In this document: positions 44,501 through 53,680 of the stretch, in pieces | Numbering within the stretch: the first letter of the stretch is position 1 | Layout: each line of letters starts with the position of its first letter | DNA from: Giardia intestinalis | Taxonomy: Eukaryota | Reading direction: 5' to 3' (one strand) | Assembly: GCA_000002435.2 (NCBI GenBank) | Contig: CM018793.1 | DNA: 64,000 bases | Notes under the pieces: generated by a model | The model's database searches: none | The model's input: the letters and a program-made list of their open reading frames with translations, nothing else | What the model was told of the DNA's origin: nothing | Made by a program: the position numbers and the translations under genes

Positions 44501-47500
44501 TCTTACGATACAGAACTCATTGTAGATTAACTGTAGTACTGTCACAAGGGTCCAGTTTTGCAAGGTAAGAGATTGATGACTCTTTGCTCCGAGAAGATCG
44601 TGATACATCGAGGTTTCCCCCTGGCCCCTAGTTAAGGGCTTGAAAAGTACTATAAACCCAGACAACAATCTAAAAAACCGAAGGAAATTGTTTTTAAATA
44701 GCGTATCCACAAATATGTGCCCAGTATTCCCTACTGTGAGGATGGAGTTGTTGTTATCTGCCGCCTCAAATGTATAGATGTTCTCAATCAAATCGATGAG
44801 TACAACTAATGTCATAATTGAGAAAGTATCTTGTGAAACGCCCCCAACGCGAACAATCTTTGCCTCGGGTCTAATTAGCTCCCCAACCGCCTGAGTGAGG
44901 AGTTTCTCGCTAGTAAGTAACTCGGAAACGGAGTGCTTCTCATCCTTAGAAGAAATACCGGCCAAGTCCCGCTGTACTTGCTCAGCGGTGTAATTACCTG
45001 GGGTGGGTACTGGATGGCCTCTTACTGGTGGTGTTGGTGCTGTTGTTGCGAAAGCCAGGTTTGAACTTGATCGGGACACGGACGAAAAGGCAGAGTCGGT
45101 TATTGCGATCGGTTCTAGCTTAGTTGAACCGAGAATAATTGAGGATGATGTGTCCTGTGTTTGGTCCGAGACCACAGACTCACAATACCCATTTGAATGG
45201 CCCTTATGAGGTTGTTCAGGGACCTTTTCCTGCTTCTTGGCATGCTTCTTCTGCTTTTTTCTCCGCCATATCTGTACCAAGTTTGGCCAGCGGGCTAGCT
45301 TGAATAGGCTGTTTTCAGATCTATTTCCCAAAGGATCTACTATCGTTTTAGTCTTGCGTTTACCGAAAATAAATTTCTGAAATGTGTTTTGGCCTATTGA
45401 AGTATTAATATATGCATAGTATTTAATGAGACGTGAAAGGGCAACTGCCGGAGGAAGATCATAGGTGATCGAGGGCGCAAACCTTGTACTCCATCTTTCC
45501 GTTGTGCCGATACCCAGTTTTCCACCGTCAGTTCCATCATCTACAAGATACACTTCATCTCCAGATACTTCTTTTGGACTGGAGAGTGTGTACTCCGAGT
45601 TCTCAAGAGAGGTGTACTTAATTCTCTGCTCCCGCAAGAAAAGCTGAAAGCTGTGTCCATATGGTGTAGCAGATCCCGGTGAATCATCTAACAATTGAAA
45701 TTGTGAGTGCATAGTACTGCGCCCAGCTAGATGCGCATCTGACCAGCACTTGAACAAAGGGGTGAAAACCTCCCTTTCGCTATACGTGTGTATGGTCACT
45801 AGTGTGCCCTTCTCAAAGCGGCTGTACAGAGTGGGCACGTAGGGAACTATAATCACGGTTCGGTCCTTTCCATCCGGCATCCTCTGTTGCAGATATGTGG
45901 AGTCTGTATCTGCGATCTTAGACCCTTGACCCTGTATCTTAACTGTAAAGGCGGTAAAAGCGGGCACATATGGGAACAGAGTGTCATAAATCAGAGAAGG
46001 ATAGCTCACCTCCTGATAGACAGACTCCAACTCAAAAATCTTGAAGTCAATCTTAGGGAACAAGGAGAGCAAGTGGGTCTTAAAGAAGTACTGCGCAGGC
46101 GATAGATGTTTTCCTGCTAGTGAAATGAAATTGAATAAAGTCGTCGTATCTTGATGGATTGCAGATTGATTTCCAGTCAACTTTTTAGAATTTAGTGCTG
46201 CAAATTGGAGCGTCTTCTGATGAATTTGTTCTTCGTAACGCTTGTTCCCCGTCATCCCAGTGTAATTCAACATAATTTCCAGAATAGTGCCGAAGTATAT
46301 AAAGACCCAGGGGCTTGCAAAGTAGCTCCAGGCGAAGTCCAGGGCCATAGTAAGCTCCGCGCTATGCAATATGCGTATGTGAGAAATGCTTACAGATTTG
46401 GTGAAAATGACAGCCAAGATCTGGCCAAACTCTGCACAGGTCGACGTTATAAATGGTACAGCATACTTCCTTGCCAAATACATTGCAATACAGTGCTCGC
46501 GATAAAGATGTTGGGGCATGAAAAACGAGTCCGTAATGGTCCGGGCCTCGGATGAGACGAGCACAGAACATATATCGATATATCTGAAGAAGCTTGTGCT
46601 GTGCAATTGAGACGCCAGCTCCTTGTAGTCATCCGCCTTTGTGGCGCTGTCATTGAGAAGAAGAAGAATAAACCCCAAGATTGCCATTTCAATCTTCTCC
46701 TGTCTAACAATGAGACAATTAAAAATAAGCTTTATCAAATATCTATCTAGTGCTGTATCCATTCCGTATGTGCGAAGCTCACAAAGTCGCGCAAGCCTGA
46801 TATTGTGGATAGAAAACTGCTCAAGGAGAAACGGTGGCTGCTGTCCGCGTGCATGCAAGGCAATTCCATACTTTTTATTCAAGAGGATTTCCTCTTGTGG
46901 GGTGCCCAAATTAACAAGGTCTATATCCTTAGAAAGGGTCATTCCTCTAACAAACTCGTAGAAGGACAACAAAAGGGACAGAGGATAGTAGATGCATATT
47001 AAGTACAGCAGTATCCCCGGAGGAAAAAGGAAGATCTTGGTGTTGAAGTAAGTTGTGGCCTTTTGTGTTTCTATGCTTAGTTGAATGCATGAGGCTTCAA
47101 ACCTGTGGATTGGAATCCCGTCTCTTTCATTGCAGTTTCTGACAAAGGTGGTTAGAAGCGCATATAGCCTAGATGACGATCTTCCCATCAGGCTGCTTCC
47201 CTCTAGGAACCGCATGAAGGAAATGGAGCGAGTGAAGTGCTCAACGCTGTCATGGTATTTGCTGTACTTATAAAGGACCATGAGTAACGCAATTAGTAGG
47301 GCACTTAGATACGTAATGGCATAGAAGCCTGCACTGGAAAGGCCTGGAGAAATTGTAGAAAAGAAGTACACTAGTGAACTAATTACCGTTATAGATGCAG
47401 TATACACTGTCACAAAGGTCAAGAGGATGTTACTAATAAGTGACGCAAAGATTTCAGCTTGAATTACAAAGAATATTAAGATGAGTGAGTGAAGTACATA

Positions 47501-48139
47501 GATGTAGTTGTCATAAAAAGGGTAGAGCTGTGCAAGAAAAGGCCCCAACGAAAAGAGCTTAATAATGGCCAGGAGCTGGCGAGTATCCAACACTGCAGAA
47601 ATAGTTAATATGTGGACATTGTGAACGTTAAAGCGGGAGATGATATTCAAATCAATGACTTGCTTAATAAGCCACCCCAACGTCAAGATCACGAGCCAGA
47701 GGATCTTCATGGAGGTACGAATATACACGACTTTGGCTATAAACTGACCCATGTTAATTAAAATCGGGGCTTCTGTCACTAAAATTAAATTGGTGCATAG
47801 TCCAAAGCTAAACCAATAGATATATGGATGCCGGAGAAGGGCGCGACTCAGGTAAGCTGTTAAAAGATAAAATAGAACGGCTCCTAGATATGCAAATGCT
47901 GCAACAGAAATAACGACTCTTTGCCAATCATCAATACCACACAGGAATCTGCTGATAGAAAAGGGAAGATGGGTGTGGTCCATCATACCCGGGGCTATGC
48001 ACATTCCTACGATGTTCTGAAAACCGATGAGTACAAAAACTATTAATAGCGGTCCAAGGGTTGTCTTATAGAGGTAATTATTTGGCCGCCAGCGCACAAA
48101 GCCCTTAGAAATAATTAAGAGTAGCCGGCGTAGGCCCAT
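38513..48139 (-). CDS. Very large (3208 aa) multi-pass integral membrane protein, function unknown
   Basis: A single uninterrupted ORF starts at the ATG at 48139, preceded by AAAAAATAAGTGAT. An N-terminal 350-aa block holds at least eight hydrophobic helices. Hydrophobic hairpins then recur about every 450–500 aa, near residues 1000, 1490, 1790, 2240, 2690, 2790 and 3150, separated by large soluble domains. No catalytic motif was recognised. Confidence 0.7.
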   Translation of the reverse strand: MGLRRLLLIISKGFVRWRPNNYLYKTTLGPLLIVFVLIGFQNIVGMCIAPGMMDHTHLPFSISRFLCGIDDWQRVVISVAAFAYLGAVLFYLLTAYLSRALLRHPYIYWFSFGLCTNLILVTEAPILINMGQFIAKVVYIRTSMKILWLVILTLGWLIKQVIDLNIISRFNVHNVHILTISAVLDTRQLLAIIKLFSLGPFLAQLYPFYDNYIYVLHSLILIFFVIQAEIFASLISNILLTFVTVYTASITVISSLVYFFSTISPGLSSAGFYAITYLSALLIALLMVLYKYSKYHDSVEHFTRSISFMRFLEGSSLMGRSSSRLYALLTTFVRNCNERDGIPIHRFEASCIQLSIETQKATTYFNTKIFLFPPGILLYLICIYYPLSLLLSFYEFVRGMTLSKDIDLVNLGTPQEEILLNKKYGIALHARGQQPPFLLEQFSIHNIRLARLCELRTYGMDTALDRYLIKLIFNCLIVRQEKIEMAILGFILLLLNDSATKADDYKELASQLHSTSFFRYIDICSVLVSSEARTITDSFFMPQHLYREHCIAMYLARKYAVPFITSTCAEFGQILAVIFTKSVSISHIRILHSAELTMALDFAWSYFASPWVFIYFGTILEIMLNYTGMTGNKRYEEQIHQKTLQFAALNSKKLTGNQSAIHQDTTTLFNFISLAGKHLSPAQYFFKTHLLSLFPKIDFKIFELESVYQEVSYPSLIYDTLFPYVPAFTAFTVKIQGQGSKIADTDSTYLQQRMPDGKDRTVIIVPYVPTLYSRFEKGTLVTIHTYSEREVFTPLFKCWSDAHLAGRSTMHSQFQLLDDSPGSATPYGHSFQLFLREQRIKYTSLENSEYTLSSPKEVSGDEVYLVDDGTDGGKLGIGTTERWSTRFAPSITYDLPPAVALSRLIKYYAYINTSIGQNTFQKFIFGKRKTKTIVDPLGNRSENSLFKLARWPNLVQIWRRKKQKKHAKKQEKVPEQPHKGHSNGYCESVVSDQTQDTSSSIILGSTKLEPIAITDSAFSSVSRSSSNLAFATTAPTPPVRGHPVPTPGNYTAEQVQRDLAGISSKDEKHSVSELLTSEKLLTQAVGELIRPEAKIVRVGGVSQDTFSIMTLVVLIDLIENIYTFEAADNNNSILTVGNTGHIFVDTLFKNNFLRFFRLLSGFIVLFKPLTRGQGETSMYHDLLGAKSHQSLTLQNWTLVTVLQLIYNEFCIVRKVLSSTTTIRHKDQSILFMYYGFLRSFNFCPKDTARFAKICREIIPEAIEADRTPHLRSFLNIVVHTHSGINVAHHDSPGMSGLYHVHSSGRNTPASQSSAGNDNSSTEIFSEGLPISQHYDPQIDNYSDIKARGYLGSLFDSHNHEEHAAAHENDIFGANLSKTYRRQLEEQIAKRADGIRAISIVGRKVHLGFISERMRTLKGWFNLPHQLDNAPHTTASFYISLAGTALFLFVLFCIIYFYLGDLWVRGLTLSDYLDLLLYKYIHNVRLWSIDKKLTSNTRGKCSAEMRKQYETVATASLSLSCFYGEGLCNGILTHLSQYSFLNGNESSSTQDYLLYNGSSNAITNDVNALENDSFYKSQLINLFPSELYNENSDDITIFLSFFTNLTTPSKTFQDLLSGIIDPSKIFSYISVMRTNPLLSKVLQIPETFHWLWEYQAQLENYIPRISITPSVLKQSKALSPIFAYTVSFREYADILSSLLYQKTYLPDNERFHIKFDDSRFTTTPLFDQNIFETAPQGVKKLILYSTVARDLAVQYLFNIELPIHILICTLCLVIVISTIRSIQFRKLIIVFFRILSIYQQLNYNDISRLSNAICFKICDFVIQFYDINALQMLLRDPHINKSSSQSRMTPFSTSISTSKLQTRASGTTMQTPATSAEPSVQEVDDVKTHGELPRIAEASTSQQNQQSFLSSSHRHCPEILSTMLDSRSQNTGDRSTTKSRFSTPLRSEDLNNESLIAETRSTSSSHRVSHFKQSRRFCCNLMAHKVLEKIKEIKKQADSTLSLTFMQRVFICCPFLGIFISFKSRLEALEKTCTRLKGELDLLSSLSTQSAEEKQIVEGAINVINARHSKMNYRYVALKRKADNIQPICLFLLLVILSVVLSVASVHVLGSISMTLTHRVMSSESALLLTRKLHFFQHMLNYLETGIWNIRMGANVSTYKETYTSAVKHLNVEELESMFSEFNRYNVFSIPLTSYARILAPCSNLFYALTFVFEPLLTAPRYLFTVLRAPLLFLTRIVAPSQLLEYTRRDGNVIHRQLDYHLEVKPFYSDSTVLTYYKLLRYFIDVSNTMLELPMIKAKDSSYDFVATNYDVENDSAECVLKKTLFSNLLYDTYSLEHYLDPRSPATLLVDYFDSPNKDAVRSFSDLYHHANKILDMTSFKSLFYLFSARFNQEVEIHLGPKNSSESVYDTMKRAMKLYLFGNFTEYILKDTSGTIRLVDLNLSTNFIMSIISLSVLLLTIIPLALYCSLYVFWSFKHLLFSNGHSHGFNSGKIRKYINILIIIGIFSAGLAGCMLVSLSGFNLAYAFRIDREYALIRSLHELSSYHLRYRRDSIATFLDQPVAYSPTDVFVPAQDRLDTIYHESLSLLYYYGFFIPHLNRQDYYNISALKEDLLNAALSGYNETSYISELQLYNSMPSYSSYILSDFPISIQEYIYAAKKLIEPNIPLIRWNENLGNARFTQGTVEEVLSSFYSFAEQRSFSILIQKHLRDNYVLALYQPTADSPDSHINILDSIAQMHLDTLDQANMGMEYAFGRLYDGIMSLFVQKQKEHDSKLEVRSLLIICSVLLTLVTISISIVFSSLPIYTVYARMLKDSPSSSSDSPQEVSAIEVEMLLEQTGHMVNSMYNMQMDEHAAKHLHRNDKVRKLFDKIASSQIVGTKQLFLGEIVFYTLVPLLIGTFGLFFLWGSIGLIFMYAKYYSISSYVKGMPMLVESVRYINQYLITEAETHPEYASKYSYSSTDNLSVEEKIAIKESAQRFQSFCDLHAEHIHLLRIMLESICYGSEYVLKFSSPSVRFGERIQGFSAEIDSTLLYWNQHESVTTGHVSCRKLYERLTELSIPALTRITHIADQISPLGINANYTINLINSTNGTNVTGSITLGQILNLLVPLSNINLTSNLETFRVMSDTLQVAMEAVSKQINTYLYNRIVTVVIVLVVVVFVYTISIIALIWSTGRLKHLKSVIMFGHNILVEWRDTKFKRRPGSSD

Positions 48140-49528
48140 ATCACTTATTTTTTAAATCGCGCCCTCACCTTTTTCAATCAAGATAGCACTGTGAGTATAA
48201 CAATTGCTCACGATTGGCAAAGGTATGCAAGGCTACAAAAGATGTACGCATCAGTAACACCTTGTAATTATGCCATAAGAACTTGTACGACTTAGTACTG
48301 CTTTACTGAATCCATAGTGCTATTTGCTCACCAAGCTTTTGCACATACCACTGATACACACGAATGCTGGGTATGTTCTTGCATCTAATTGTACCAATCG
48401 ATATGTAGTTTAGATAGATTGTAATTTTGCGGACGAAGTATCGTCTTCTATGCTGCTTCATACTGCTGCGCATCACCTTGTTGTAGTAGGAATCCTTCTT
48501 TAGGTTTTTGTGTCTATTGCTCTACTCATGCTATACTGAGAGAAACATCGACTGTCTGGAGCAGTGCAAAAAGCTTCCTAGCTGCAGGGTATTTCCGGAG
48601 TTTGAATAAGGAGTGTCTCCGGAGCGTGTCCCTTTCTAGGTTATCACCTGCCATTTCTGGTATACCGCCAAATGATGTACAAACTTTCAAGTCAGTGCAG
48701 CCGGTCTCAAGTTAATAGCAGCAACGCTCCTAGATGATAAAATAGCCCCAGAGGTGTTATGAAGCCAGTACATGGAATAATTTTATCTAAAGGCTCTGCT
48801 ATGCATGCATACTGTCTCAATGGTTCCAAGATAGTTGTGATCACTTGCCTTTAAGTGAGATGCTTGTAGTGCGGTGTGCAACCGCAGCAGACGTTGGCTC
48901 CGCTGCCACGTAGATCTTAAGCAATGATCTGTAGCATCCACAAGTATGCGGCTAGTTTAATATTGATCATAAACTGGAATGCCTTAGTCCGGCTGACTAT
49001 CACAAGTGACTGTGCAAAGATATGGGCACTGAGTAAACGGATATAACTAAAGAGAGCGGAAGTTATAGGGGTGCAATGCTCACTGACAAGTTGGAGGTTG
49101 AGGTACAGAAAGCTTCAGTCACCCTCGAGGTCCGTTCTCTTGTTACCATAAAGCATATCTGACATTGGTAGTAAGTATAGAGAGAAGGTTGTTACCACAA
49201 TACACACTTAGAGTAGGAGGTTTCGATAGACCAACCTTCGAATATGACGTATCCACAAATAAGAGCAAGACTTTCATAGAGAATTGAGGAGGTAGGACAG
49301 CATCAAGGCGCTCAACCTGGGCAAGGTTTATAAAACCTGTAAAGGACAGGTTGCAATCAAACTATCAAGTATTGACGTCAAAACCTTTTACACAATTCCT
49401 CCTTCTATCAAGACACGACACTAGTGTCTACTAAATTGGGCTCGACAAGCATAGCCGTCGTATTTCATGTTAATAAGCTAAAATGTTTTATCGTTTAATT
49501 CTTTGAGTAGCCAAATCAACGTATTGAT

Positions 49529-51040
49529 ATGCTAGTACTACTACTATTTTCTATTGCTTTGGGATGTGCCCTGGGTACACCTTTTACTAACGAACCTGAA
49601 CATGGAATGGGTGTCCGCTTCACCCGACGCGGACTGGAGAAGTTCTGCCAGAAGGGCTACTCTATCATTCCTGACGTTATCTCTGCTCTTCCAGCGTTTC
49701 CAGAGATACCCATAACTGTCGGGATTTTGCAGATTACTCTCTCCAATATCAGACCCCGTGCAGTGCGTGTTTCAACCATGAAGGTTTATTTGCAAGACAA
49801 CAACTTTGTCAAGATGGAGGCTCGGGACGGCATCATGCAGATCTCGATGCGGCTTAAAACTACCATTACTGGGATCACCGGGACCGTCGACTGCATCTTC
49901 ACCCTCAAGGACTTCGGGGCAGACATCTCCCTGAGGCTCGGAGACGACCCCACCTGCCCGTACCATTTCGGGCTTTCCGAGATATCGAACGTCGTGTACT
50001 CGTCTGGGCTCGACATCGATGCCATCGGACTTGACACGGGGGGATCTGTCCTTGCAACTGCCATCCAGGGCATGGGGCCCACGCTGGAGACCCTGGTGAA
50101 GGATACTGTGCTGCAATTCCTTTTAGATACCATCTTTAAGTCGATAAAGCAGTCAATGCTTAACCTGCCCATAGTTGTCCAGATCAACAATGACTACATG
50201 TCTGACCAGCGCTACATCAATGGCATCAATGTCGTCGATAACAAGATAGTGGCAGACCAAGGTGGCTTTTCAATGATCGTTGCTATCCCAGATTGGTCGG
50301 TCAGAGCTCTCTATCCAAACAAGATCACCTCTCCCCCTCCGAAGACAGTCTACACCGACAGGGACTATGAGTTCTATGTAGACAGGGAGTCGGTCAACTC
50401 CTACCTGTATGCCTGGCACGTGGCGTATGACAAGTTCAAGGCAGACGGTCTCACTGTCCCGTACAGCACCATCAGGGGGCAGAACATACCCGGCCTTGCA
50501 GAGGCTCTTGTGAAAGCAGGCATGTTAACCGATGTCAGTGATCCCGGAAATGATGTCACCCTGACTCTATCGGTCAGTCCCTCCAAGGATGCCGCACCCC
50601 ACATCCCGTGGATCGGGGCAGCTGCACTGTTGACCAATCTCACAGGAACACTTGTTGTGACAACCAGCAAGGTATCAGGCCAAACTCCGGTGACTTTAGC
50701 CAATCTCGAGGGCAATGTGCTCTTCTCTTCTGCGGTCAAGCTTAGGAAGTTTACCTACGGGTTTAACAACGACCAAGTTCGTGCATATGCAGAGTTCCTT
50801 GATGTGTACGATATTGCCACCAAGAAGCACAGCGAAGGGATGGATGATCCTGTTCCTCTACTGAAGCGTCTTCTTCTAGATAAGTACCTCCCCCTTGTTA
50901 ACCCGATCCTGGCCGAGACAGGGGTGGCCCTCATGAACGGGAACTTCATCGACTACGCTACCATCGACACTGTTTATCTGTGCAGCGAGGACAGAGTGCT
51001 CTTTGTTGCTGACATCGAGAAGAATCGATATTTTTCCTAA
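49529..51040 (+). CDS. Secreted BPI/LBP/CETP-family lipid-binding protein-like
   Basis: The signal peptide is MLVLLLFSIALGCALG. Next comes GMGVRFTRRGLEKFCQKGYSIIPDV, matching the BPI/LBP N-terminal signature (PGVVVRISQKGLDYA...). The ~480-aa mature length fits a two-domain BPI fold. The AT-rich initiator TAAAATGTTTTATCGTTTAATT lies upstream. Confidence 0.5.
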   Translation: MLVLLLFSIALGCALGTPFTNEPEHGMGVRFTRRGLEKFCQKGYSIIPDVISALPAFPEIPITVGILQITLSNIRPRAVRVSTMKVYLQDNNFVKMEARDGIMQISMRLKTTITGITGTVDCIFTLKDFGADISLRLGDDPTCPYHFGLSEISNVVYSSGLDIDAIGLDTGGSVLATAIQGMGPTLETLVKDTVLQFLLDTIFKSIKQSMLNLPIVVQINNDYMSDQRYINGINVVDNKIVADQGGFSMIVAIPDWSVRALYPNKITSPPPKTVYTDRDYEFYVDRESVNSYLYAWHVAYDKFKADGLTVPYSTIRGQNIPGLAEALVKAGMLTDVSDPGNDVTLTLSVSPSKDAAPHIPWIGAAALLTNLTGTLVVTTSKVSGQTPVTLANLEGNVLFSSAVKLRKFTYGFNNDQVRAYAEFLDVYDIATKKHSEGMDDPVPLLKRLLLDKYLPLVNPILAETGVALMNGNFIDYATIDTVYLCSEDRVLFVADIEKNRYFS

Positions 51041-52732
51041 ATCTTGCATCACGTATATCCTCGCACGTCGAGGGTTCAGTCTGTACCATATGAACGGCTT
51101 GACTGAACGAACGCGTGTCTTATTAGTAACACTACTTAGTAGTAAATGTTTGTAGACCTCCTCGGCGAAACGCCTTAGGCCAGGGCTTCTGAGCATCGAC
51201 GTGCACCGTCGCACTGATGATGCACAGGAGCATGAGTCTTCTCCAATGACGAGGACAAGCGGACCGGGGAGATGCGTGTGCTCGTGAGCTCCTGGGCTGG
51301 GCTTAGCAGGGTCGGCCGATGGACGTTTGCAATCACAGACCATGACATTGAGAATGCATCTTCAGCGTGTCACAGATAAGCCCTGGTATCCCTGAGCTCT
51401 GGAACTGCAAACCGGATCCCGTGCAGACATGTGGGCGTTGAACTGTATACTGAGCCGCGGACGCTTGCTTTGTTCCTTGATCCTCGGGATTGGATACATG
51501 GTCACTAGCGATTGACTGTGCTCCCTGCCAAATGCACCAGCTATGCGCCGTCATGGCTGCACACATCCATTCACAGTATGCGATGTGCCTACTATCCGGG
51601 TAGACACTAATCCTTAGTCGCAGAGGCTACTTGCAGATACGCTCAGCCACTGCGGCCTCTGACTGTATCTGTGTACTGGGGCAGCTCCGTGCATGCCTGG
51701 GCCCTTGTCGTGCAGCTACCCTTTGCCTACAAGCGTCCACTTGCACATGCTAGCCTGACTGCTGTCGACGCCCCGTGTGTCCAGCAGGCGTAGTTACAAT
51801 GAAGACACAGGCTAATGACCACTATGCAGTCGTTGACACACGAGTAACAGCTGTGCCGTGCAACTGCAGTCGATTCTCACCATTTACTAGGCACCAAGAT
51901 GAAAGTGACGCACTGTGGGACCTACGCCTTTGTGTGCCTTAGATCTACGACCCTCGATCCTAGTGTTGGTTCAGAGGTCTCTTGCTTGACCACAGTGGGG
52001 GTCTTGCAATGGTGTGCTCTCAGTCCCCATGGTCAAGATAGGGTGACTGGTATGAGTCACGACGCATATCCTGCTCATGCTCAGACAGACGGACGCTCCA
52101 GAGGCTCCGAAATACACGGTGCTCTCCTGTTCTGTGGGAATCGGTATGCTCAGGGATACCCGGGACTTGGATGTGTGTCCGGGTGGGCACCAGGCACTCC
52201 GGCAACACTGGCGGTAGAGTGGGATAGGAGACAGGTGTATTCTGTCGGGTGCTGATGGCAGTGCTCCCGGTGGCCATCCACTACACGTGCCCGTCCGTCT
52301 CATAAGGCCAGGTTGGCCTGCACAGCCCCTCAATGTGGTCAGCTAATGGGAGACCCAGTGGAAGAGAACCCTCGGAGACCGGAATCCATGGGAGACGGGT
52401 GGACTCAGACACTGGTCATGCAAGGAGCTGCCATAGCCCTATCGAGCTCCAGCATTTGCTTGAAGCAAAAAGAAGGTTGTTCTGGTAGATTCAGGACATG
52501 TCGGAACCATCAGATCTAGTAGAAGGAGACAAACATGAATACTATTTCATAGTGAAAACATTGTCCAGCTAGTGGCCACCATTTTTTCACCTTGGAAACA
52601 ACGCTTGAGGCCCCATACATTCAGTTAATGGTCATGAATAGTGGTACTGTGTAATAATTCTATGCCCATAGTAGTTGGTATTGGCGTTTTGTTAGCGCAA
52701 GAAGGTCTAGTTCAGCCATATCTGTGCACTAA

Positions 52733-52765
52733 AAATTTAAATAAAGAATTTAAAAATACCCTCTC
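52733..52765 (+). promoter_or_regulatory. AT-rich Giardia initiator/promoter element for the first annexin-like gene
   Basis: AAAATTTAAATAAAGAATTTAAAAATACC lies immediately 5' of the ATG at 52766, the typical short Giardia promoter architecture. Confidence 0.5.
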
Positions 52766-53626
52766 ATGCATTTAGCGCAATCACTTGAAGAGCTCATTGC
52801 ATCGAGAAATGTGCAAGATGCGGTTAAATTTACAGCTGCAATGACCCAGGAGCAAAGGCTCACCATATCAGAAGACTTTCAAGAGCAATATGGCTCAAGT
52901 GTGGGAGATCATATTAGAAAGCTGATGTCACCATCAAGTTCCACCTCTCTTCTAATAAATATGTGGCTTCCTACAAAGATACTCCGTTTGCGTGTGTTAG
53001 AGCGGAACTTTAAGGAGCTCGTGCCTCTGGAGCTAGCGCACTGTGCAATCACCTGTCCCCAAGAAGAATTTGTAGAGATCTGCGACATTTACAATACTAC
53101 GGCGAAAGCCTCTCTGTATGCGGGGATTCGCAGGCAATGCATTGGGCCAGAGCCCTGGAAGTATCTCGTTCAACAATGGGTCACCTTCAATCATGGATCT
53201 ATAAGCAATTTGGTTTTTCTGAGAGACCAAGCGCGTTGTGCAATCGAAAGTGTCGACGGGAGGCTCTTCGTGGACACCATTTTCAGCGCAGATCGTACCG
53301 TTTGGCCAGTTGTCTGCAAAGAGTACGAATGCCAATATGGAGCACCACTGATCAAAGACCTAGCTGTGTTTGGTGAGGATTCTGCCCCTATTCTTTCGTT
53401 TGCATGCTTATTTATCTGTGACCAAACGCTAGCAATCTCTTATTTACTCAACCAGTTTATCATGACAGGTGACAATGATGGCGCAGGAATCGTATCCGCG
53501 CTGTATTCGGAAGAATGGCATGGGGTTCCTATGGCATATGTGCAGTATGGTTCTTTGAAAGAGGACATACGTGCCAACTTCAGCTCCCGATACACTGAGG
53601 CACTTGCAACAGTCTGGAAGATATAG
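52766..53626 (+). CDS. Annexin-like protein, alpha-giardin family (paralog 1 of 3 in tandem)
   Basis: 286 aa. Annexin-repeat-like helices are present, e.g. ISEDFQEQYGSSVGDHIRKLM, compared with the alpha-1 giardin IAKAYVASYGKELPDDIKKAL. The C-terminus ...YTEALATVWKI resembles the alpha-giardin ...ILRTLWRVK. Confidence 0.5.
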   Translation: MHLAQSLEELIASRNVQDAVKFTAAMTQEQRLTISEDFQEQYGSSVGDHIRKLMSPSSSTSLLINMWLPTKILRLRVLERNFKELVPLELAHCAITCPQEEFVEICDIYNTTAKASLYAGIRRQCIGPEPWKYLVQQWVTFNHGSISNLVFLRDQARCAIESVDGRLFVDTIFSADRTVWPVVCKEYECQYGAPLIKDLAVFGEDSAPILSFACLFICDQTLAISYLLNQFIMTGDNDGAGIVSALYSEEWHGVPMAYVQYGSLKEDIRANFSSRYTEALATVWKI

Positions 53627-53680
53627 TAAAGGCGACTGTAGTTTTGACGTTGATTGGCGGTATTGCTATTCCATAAAATT

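Noticed and set aside
39463-47273. Short plus-strand ORFs antisense to the giant membrane-protein gene (e.g. 46205..46555, 46641..46961, 41934..42236), and minus-strand ORFs inside the 2066-aa gene (57113..57421, 59009..59335) and the BPI-like gene (49786..50190)
   Set aside because: They are fully nested in long, well-supported ORFs on the opposite strand. They have no start context and show no domain signatures.
38513-48139. Assigning the 3208-aa membrane protein to the Piezo mechanosensitive channel family
   Set aside because: Size and repeated TM hairpins are reminiscent of Piezo. However, no C-terminal pore module with the conserved PFEW motif is present in the correct frame. The only PFEW in the window is in an antisense ORF. 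Family assignment would need profile or structure searches.
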